64,000 bases of DNA from Candidatus Saccharimonadia bacterium (lineage in GTDB: Bacteria; Patescibacteriota; Saccharimonadia; UBA4664). Positions 58,864-64,000 of this stretch are shown here, in pieces. Each line of letters starts with the position of its first letter. Position 1 is the stretch's first letter. The position numbers and the translations under genes were made by a program. The notes beneath the pieces were generated by a model that saw nothing but the letters and a program-made list of their open reading frames with translations, did no database searches and was not told the DNA's origin. Location: positions 7,020-71,019 of the forward strand of contig JBBRSS010000002.1 of NCBI GenBank assembly GCA_038245115.1. The letters run 5' to 3'.

Positions 58864-60770
58864 TGCTGGGCTTCAAAGACAACCTCACTCTATCCGTCAC
58901 CAAACTTCGCTCACGCCGAATCCGATTAATCGTGACACTCGTGGTCTCGGGGCTGCTATTCACCGTTCTAGTAACAGGCTCATTGGTGGCTCGCGGCACC
59001 TTAGCTAGCCTGACATCCTTTACCAAAGATGGCTTTTCGAGCCGATTTATTGTCACCATCTATGGTAGTCCAACGACCAACTACCTCAATAATCCCGCCA
59101 TCATCAAACGGGCAGAGGCCATCCAGAAGGAAACTGTGGCCAAAAAGACTGCCGAGGCGAAGCGACTTGGCATCCCATATGACCCAACCACCGAACCCAA
59201 ACTCACTAGCGAAGGGGGACCGGATGGCCCCAAACAACTCAATCTCGATCTGAGTCAAACCGCCTCCAGGCAGGCAGTCCGTGAGCTGGCACCACAGACG
59301 AGCCTCATCGACACCATAACGCCTGTGGCCAAGCCCTACGGCCTCAAAGCTATCTACTCGGGCAGCCGACTGGCAGATTACAACAACAATTCCTTCGAAC
59401 TCACCCCGATCGTGAGCGGTAAAGAAATCAAGAGGCCTCAAAGCAATAGTCCCACTCCAGATCCGCTCGATTCTTTTGGCGCCAATACCCAAACGCTAGA
59501 TAATTCGCTGCTGGAACCGTTTTTGCTCGAAGGTTCCACTTTGGTCGCGGCTCCCGGCGACCCTACTCCCGTTTTAGCCCCGGTCGATGCCGTCGAAAAA
59601 TTGCTTGGGCTTAAAGCCCTTAGCCATAATGCCACCTCACAAGAAAAACTGACTCGCCTCAAAGACTTGCGTCGCCAGGCCCGCAACCTGACATTTGATG
59701 TCTGCTACCGTAACCAAGAAGCAATCGACCTACGCAACCTGGTGAAGCAACAAGCCGACGAGATTGCCGCCGGTAAGGGCAAAACCGACTATGTTGCGCC
59801 AGCGGTCCAATACGCCTCCGGCTCAACCGTCTGCTCACCGACGACTATCAGCAAAGACACTCGCTCCGCCGAAGACAAAGCCCAGGCCGCCAAAATGGAC
59901 CAGTTTAAGACTACTTTCGGTGCTGTTGCACCCCAGACTGCCATCGTTAAATTCCGCATCGTCGGTATCCTACCCCAACTAAGCTTCGGCTCATCTGCTT
60001 TCGATATTGGAGATATGATATCCAGTCTGGTAACTTCCACACTCGGAACTGGCTGGTTCATCTCCAACCAAGCCGCCTCCAACCAACCCATCCTCGGCAA
60101 ACTCCTTGGCTCTCAGTCCCAAAATAGCCCCAACAGCGAGTTGGTCTATGCAGAATTCAACGGACGTACCGAACAAAAACGATTTTTGGATGAACGTATG
60201 TGCCAGCCCCAAGCCGGAATAACCACCAACTCAACCGACCCCACGGCCGGCTGCGGCAAAGACCATAAGTTTTTCCTGACGCCTTTTGGCAACCCACTGG
60301 CCGCCCTCTATGACTCCAAGGCTGGCTTCCTGAACTTTCTCAGCTGGGTACTTCTTGTAATCGCCGCCATCTCCGCCATCATCATGATGGGCACCGTCGG
60401 CAAAATTATTGCCGATTCCCGGAAAGAAACCAGCGTATTTCGAGCCGTGGGCGCCAAACGTCTGGATATCGCCCAAATCTACCTCCTTTACGCCGGCCTA
60501 CTGGCCTCGCTGGCCTTCCTGATATCGTTAGTCATCGGAATGGGGATCGCCATCCTAATCAACTCCAAACTCAGCCCGACCTTATCGATCCAAGCGGTTC
60601 TGGCCTTCAATAGCCCTAACGCCGATAAAACCTTCCATCTGTTCGGGCTCAACCTGCTCGATCTCCTGGGTATTTACGTCTTTGCCGTCGTCACCGGCCT
60701 TGCGAGCGCCATCCTGCCTCTGCTCACCAATCTTCGCCGCAACCCCATCAAGGACATGCGCGAGGAATAG
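58863..60770 (+). CDS. ABC permease, MacB/FtsX family, with very large extracytoplasmic domain
   Basis: DSRKE..VFRAVGA, PI..MREE end; TAATG overlap. Confidence 0.88.
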   Translation: MLGFKDNLTLSVTKLRSRRIRLIVTLVVSGLLFTVLVTGSLVARGTLASLTSFTKDGFSSRFIVTIYGSPTTNYLNNPAIIKRAEAIQKETVAKKTAEAKRLGIPYDPTTEPKLTSEGGPDGPKQLNLDLSQTASRQAVRELAPQTSLIDTITPVAKPYGLKAIYSGSRLADYNNNSFELTPIVSGKEIKRPQSNSPTPDPLDSFGANTQTLDNSLLEPFLLEGSTLVAAPGDPTPVLAPVDAVEKLLGLKALSHNATSQEKLTRLKDLRRQARNLTFDVCYRNQEAIDLRNLVKQQADEIAAGKGKTDYVAPAVQYASGSTVCSPTTISKDTRSAEDKAQAAKMDQFKTTFGAVAPQTAIVKFRIVGILPQLSFGSSAFDIGDMISSLVTSTLGTGWFISNQAASNQPILGKLLGSQSQNSPNSELVYAEFNGRTEQKRFLDERMCQPQAGITTNSTDPTAGCGKDHKFFLTPFGNPLAALYDSKAGFLNFLSWVLLVIAAISAIIMMGTVGKIIADSRKETSVFRAVGAKRLDIAQIYLLYAGLLASLAFLISLVIGMGIAILINSKLSPTLSIQAVLAFNSPNADKTFHLFGLNLLDLLGIYVFAVVTGLASAILPLLTNLRRNPIKDMREE

Positions 60771-60773
60771 CAC

Positions 60774-62294
60774 CTACCGCGCCACCTCTACATCGTCGCC
60801 AAAATGCTTCTTAAGCCGTGCCGAAATTGAACCCGGTTGACGCCCCAGCGCCGTACTGATGTCGGCCAGCCCGCTCCCGCCCTCAAATAATGTCTTCAAT
60901 TTATCGTCATCGGCCACCGGCCAGGGCTTAAACGCATTGGGATAAGTCGCCCGCATACCTTCGAGTTTACTGGCCCAATTTGAGGTCTTGGCGGGCTTTT
61001 CGGGCGCCAATTTGCGCTTGGCCGCCGCTTCGGCCAGATACCCAAACCGCTGCGCATCCGCCTCACCTTTGACCCCCAACACCCCGTCCATCGCCAGCGC
61101 CTCGGGTGAAACCTTCAGCGCCATCTTGTTAATTCCCACCAAACTCAGCGCCGCCAAGCTGCGCACCCGCGATAGCGCCACGTAACCCATCCCCGGCACA
61201 AACGCCCGACGCAGATCAATCCGCGCCGCGTCCAACGTCATACCCTGGCTCTTATGCACCGTAATGGCCCAGGCCAGCCGCAGCGGCAACTGCGTCAGCG
61301 AAGCCCGCTTTTTGTCACCGTCGCGCAGCTCCCACGAATCCGGCAACATCGTTATAGTCCGCCCGTTGCGCAGCTCCACCGTCGGATATCCGGTGAGCGT
61401 TTCAAAATCTGTCACCACCCCCAGAGAACCATTCACGTATTTCTTGTCCTGGGCGTTTTTAATGCACATCACCAAGGCGCCAATTTTCAAGGTTAGAACC
61501 TCCGGCGCCAGGCACGAACGCTTCAACGAATCCACGTAATTCGCCTTGCCCGTCGTCGTCATCTGATAGCTCTGTTCCTCACCCTCAATCGTTGCCAGCT
61601 GCGCCTCGTTTATCCGATCTACATCTACATTCGTCGTATGCAGCTCGGTTACCGCCCCTTCCAACGGTGCGTCCATCCGATCGAGCAAGGTCTGAGCGTG
61701 GCCGCGACGAATATCGCCCCCGCGCAGCGCGTTGAGTACGGTCAAAAACTCCTCGTCATCCTGCCTATGTTGTTCGCTTAGCCTGCAAATCACTGGATCC
61801 AACGCTTTCCAAGCATGAGAATCTACCACAAATCCGCCATTACGCTGATCGCCCCGGCTCACCGGCGGCAGCTGAAAAAAGTCGCCGCACAAAATCACCT
61901 GAATGCCACCAAACGGCTCGGCACTTTTGCGCACCAACCGCGCCGCCTCATCCACCATATCCAGCCGATAATCGTGCAGCATCGAAATTTCATCAATAAT
62001 CAACACATCAGTTTTTACCATAATATCGTGCCGCGCTTTCGACAAATTACGCACGAAATCCACCGGCAGCTCATCGGCAATCCCGATCCCGCTCCACGAA
62101 TGAATCGTCGAGCCACTCAAATGGCTAGCTGCCAGCCCCGTAGTTGCAGTCACCGCCACCGACTTACCATCGCGTTTGGCCAACTTAATATATTCCGCCA
62201 ACACGTACGTTTTACCCGAGCCGGCTGGCCCCGTCAGCAGCACGCTTTCGCCCGCCATCATTATTTCGAGCGCTAGTGCTTGATCCATAGACAT
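60774..62294 (-). CDS. PIF1-family DNA helicase with C-terminal HTH-like domain
   Basis: GPAGSGKT, DEISM, GDFFQLPPV, AWAITVHKSQG, YVALSR; YP.A..PW...DD...GR..G.I..RL tail. Confidence 0.92.
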   Translation of the reverse strand: MSMDQALALEIMMAGESVLLTGPAGSGKTYVLAEYIKLAKRDGKSVAVTATTGLAASHLSGSTIHSWSGIGIADELPVDFVRNLSKARHDIMVKTDVLIIDEISMLHDYRLDMVDEAARLVRKSAEPFGGIQVILCGDFFQLPPVSRGDQRNGGFVVDSHAWKALDPVICRLSEQHRQDDEEFLTVLNALRGGDIRRGHAQTLLDRMDAPLEGAVTELHTTNVDVDRINEAQLATIEGEEQSYQMTTTGKANYVDSLKRSCLAPEVLTLKIGALVMCIKNAQDKKYVNGSLGVVTDFETLTGYPTVELRNGRTITMLPDSWELRDGDKKRASLTQLPLRLAWAITVHKSQGMTLDAARIDLRRAFVPGMGYVALSRVRSLAALSLVGINKMALKVSPEALAMDGVLGVKGEADAQRFGYLAEAAAKRKLAPEKPAKTSNWASKLEGMRATYPNAFKPWPVADDDKLKTLFEGGSGLADISTALGRQPGSISARLKKHFGDDVEVAR

Positions 62295-62337
62295 CTAGCA
62301 TACATGGCTTCTATAAAAAATAATTGCATTAATGACT

Positions 62338-62367
62338 CCTCACCGGGGCAGCGTGCTGCCCCGGTGA
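62338..62367. terminator. 14-bp hairpin after the minus-strand gene
   Basis: CTCACCGGGGCAGC-GT-GCTGCCCCGGTGAG. Confidence 0.6.
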
Positions 62368-62376
62368 GTCAGTGAA

Positions 62377-62922
62377 TCAGCCAACCTCAACAGAGTCGCC
62401 GGCCTCCTCCGAAATCTCAGAATCGGTGAAGTGGGCAAGAGCCACAAAGCTCTCTGCGATTGCGATCGAAAAGGCCACCATACTCCCGACCCTGGAATTC
62501 AGCTCAACGGCCGCATCACCATAGGCCTCAATCTCCTCGGCGCCGGCAACCAATGCCTCGTACGCCACTAAAGCCACACTCGGCTGCACCATGAGCGAAG
62601 AGTTATAGCCCGCCAGATGATACATCAAGCTCGCGAGCATGATCCAGTTCATCCGGCTGCAGGCCATGGGGTTCGAGCTGTAGTTGCCGGCCACCATGGA
62701 TTTACTCCTGGTCTTGGTGCTTCCCGCAGCCGGAATTCGAGCCAGACTGGACTGAAGGTTCTCTACGTAACACTCGACGTTATCCGATATCTGCTCCGAA
62801 TGTGCGCTGAGAGTTATTCCCACTACACGGGCGGCATCCCAGTGCATACTGTAAGACATGTTCACCAACGCCGAGTCGAAATCAGAGGAGGAATATGGTA
62901 TTCCGAGCATTACAATACACAT
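62377..62922 (-). CDS. Hypothetical protein
   Basis: 181-aa ORF with AT-rich upstream region and downstream hairpin. Confidence 0.55.
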   Translation of the reverse strand: MCIVMLGIPYSSSDFDSALVNMSYSMHWDAARVVGITLSAHSEQISDNVECYVENLQSSLARIPAAGSTKTRSKSMVAGNYSSNPMACSRMNWIMLASLMYHLAGYNSSLMVQPSVALVAYEALVAGAEEIEAYGDAAVELNSRVGSMVAFSIAIAESFVALAHFTDSEISEEAGDSVEVG

Positions 62923-63043
62923 CCTTAGATCGAGAACACCGAGAGTACATAGACGATAAGGACTTTACTATAAAATCGAGCATTTTGCTATTTACCGGTT
63001 TTACGGCAGGGTTACAGATCTGTAGCTCAAGCGTTACAATGAT

Positions 63044-64000
63044 ATGGTGCCTATCGACTATCTCACTCACAGCTTTCAGCAATTCTTCGCCCCGCTCGCA
63101 CCCAATTGGGGCGAGTTTCATATAATTTTGAGCTTCGGGGTCGCGCTACTGATGGCGTACTTCTTCAACAAAATTATGGCCCGCATGGCGCCTGCTCTGG
63201 CCGCCAGCATCACCAAAAGCATGGAGTCCACCCCCGCCAGCGAGCGCTTCCTGCGCACCCGCCGACTCGAAACATTTCTGAGTCTTGGCGTCGCCATTGG
63301 CCGGGTTGTCGTGGTTATCGGCGCCCTAGTTGCGGCCTGGAAACTCTCCAACCCCACCACCGCCCCGATCGCCATCGTGGGCGCCAGTACCGTCTTTGTC
63401 CTCCTCGGCGGGGCAACACTCGTGCCGCTGCTCAAGGACGTCACCTACGGTTTCGTGATGATTGCCGAACATTGGTTCAACGTCGGCGATCACGTTGTTA
63501 TCGAGCCGTTTCCGCATCTCGGCGGTGTTGTCGAACAAGTCACTTTGCGTGCCACTAAGCTGCGCAGCATGAACGGCGAAGTCATCTGGGTCCACAATCA
63601 ACACATTCAAGCCGTCCGTGTCTCGGCCGCCGCCTCGCACACGATGGCCATCGAAACCTTCGTGAGCGATCCCGAACTCGGCGAACAGATCATCCGCAAA
63701 GCCTTCAAGGTCATTCCCTCTAGCCCCATCACCATCCCTAAGCCCTTAACTATTTCCGAAATCAAGCAAATCGACGACGACATCTGGCGCATCACCGCTA
63801 TTTGCGAGGTCACACCGTACCGCGAATGGATTATCGAACGTTTCGCTATCGAGGCCATCATCACTACGGATAAGCGCACCGGCCGCGAGCCGGTTATCGT
63901 CCATGGACCCGTGGCCTTCTACGCCGATGCCACGGCCGAACGCCGCTACCGCCGGTCCGTCCATGGGCATACCCGACGCTCGACCGCTGCCCCGCGCCCG
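63044..64000 (+). CDS. mscS: Small-conductance mechanosensitive channel (MscS family), 3'-truncated; missing from the ORF track
   Basis: My translation from ATG 63044 stays open to the window end: TM helices, FNVGDHV, G.VE.VTLR.TKLRS.NGE...V.N. Confidence 0.88.
   Translation, partial: MVPIDYLTHSFQQFFAPLAPNWGEFHIILSFGVALLMAYFFNKIMARMAPALAASITKSMESTPASERFLRTRRLETFLSLGVAIGRVVVVIGALVAAWKLSNPTTAPIAIVGASTVFVLLGGATLVPLLKDVTYGFVMIAEHWFNVGDHVVIEPFPHLGGVVEQVTLRATKLRSMNGEVIWVHNQHIQAVRVSAAASHTMAIETFVSDPELGEQIIRKAFKVIPSSPITIPKPLTISEIKQIDDDIWRITAICEVTPYREWIIERFAIEAIITTDKRTGREPVIVHGPVAFYADATAERRYRRSVHGHTRRSTAAPRP

Overview
Chromosomal segment (standard genetic code, most genes on +) whose gene content and style suggest a CPR/Patescibacteria genome, most likely Saccharibacteria. 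This is an inference, as no marker gene is present. Core and stress genes: fused trehalose-6-P synthase/phosphatase, corA, pyrB, gpmA, an RRM protein, rlmD-like, gnd, zwf, eno, mscL, mscS, metK behind a SAM-I riboswitch, two RecD/Pif1-type helicases and three MFS transporters. Main candidate for an undescribed system: a 9-kb operon (51.7-60.8 kb) encoding a NOX/ferric-reductase flavocytochrome, two membrane-anchored proteins carrying cytochrome b5-like heme domains on 1 and 7 Ig-like repeats, three DUF4352-like proteins and a MacB/LolCDE-type ABC system. Other highlights: a cobalamin-riboswitch operon with a split transcobalamin-like receptor (DUF4430 + alpha/alpha barrel) and a solitary ECF-S-like permease; a KaiC-like ATPase coupled to a Cys/His protein; a pore-less voltage-sensor protein; two orphan structured RNA candidates; and a duplicated leader-peptide element. 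No tRNA, rRNA, CRISPR array, integrase or transposase was recognised. All domain calls are motif recognition by eye, not database searches.
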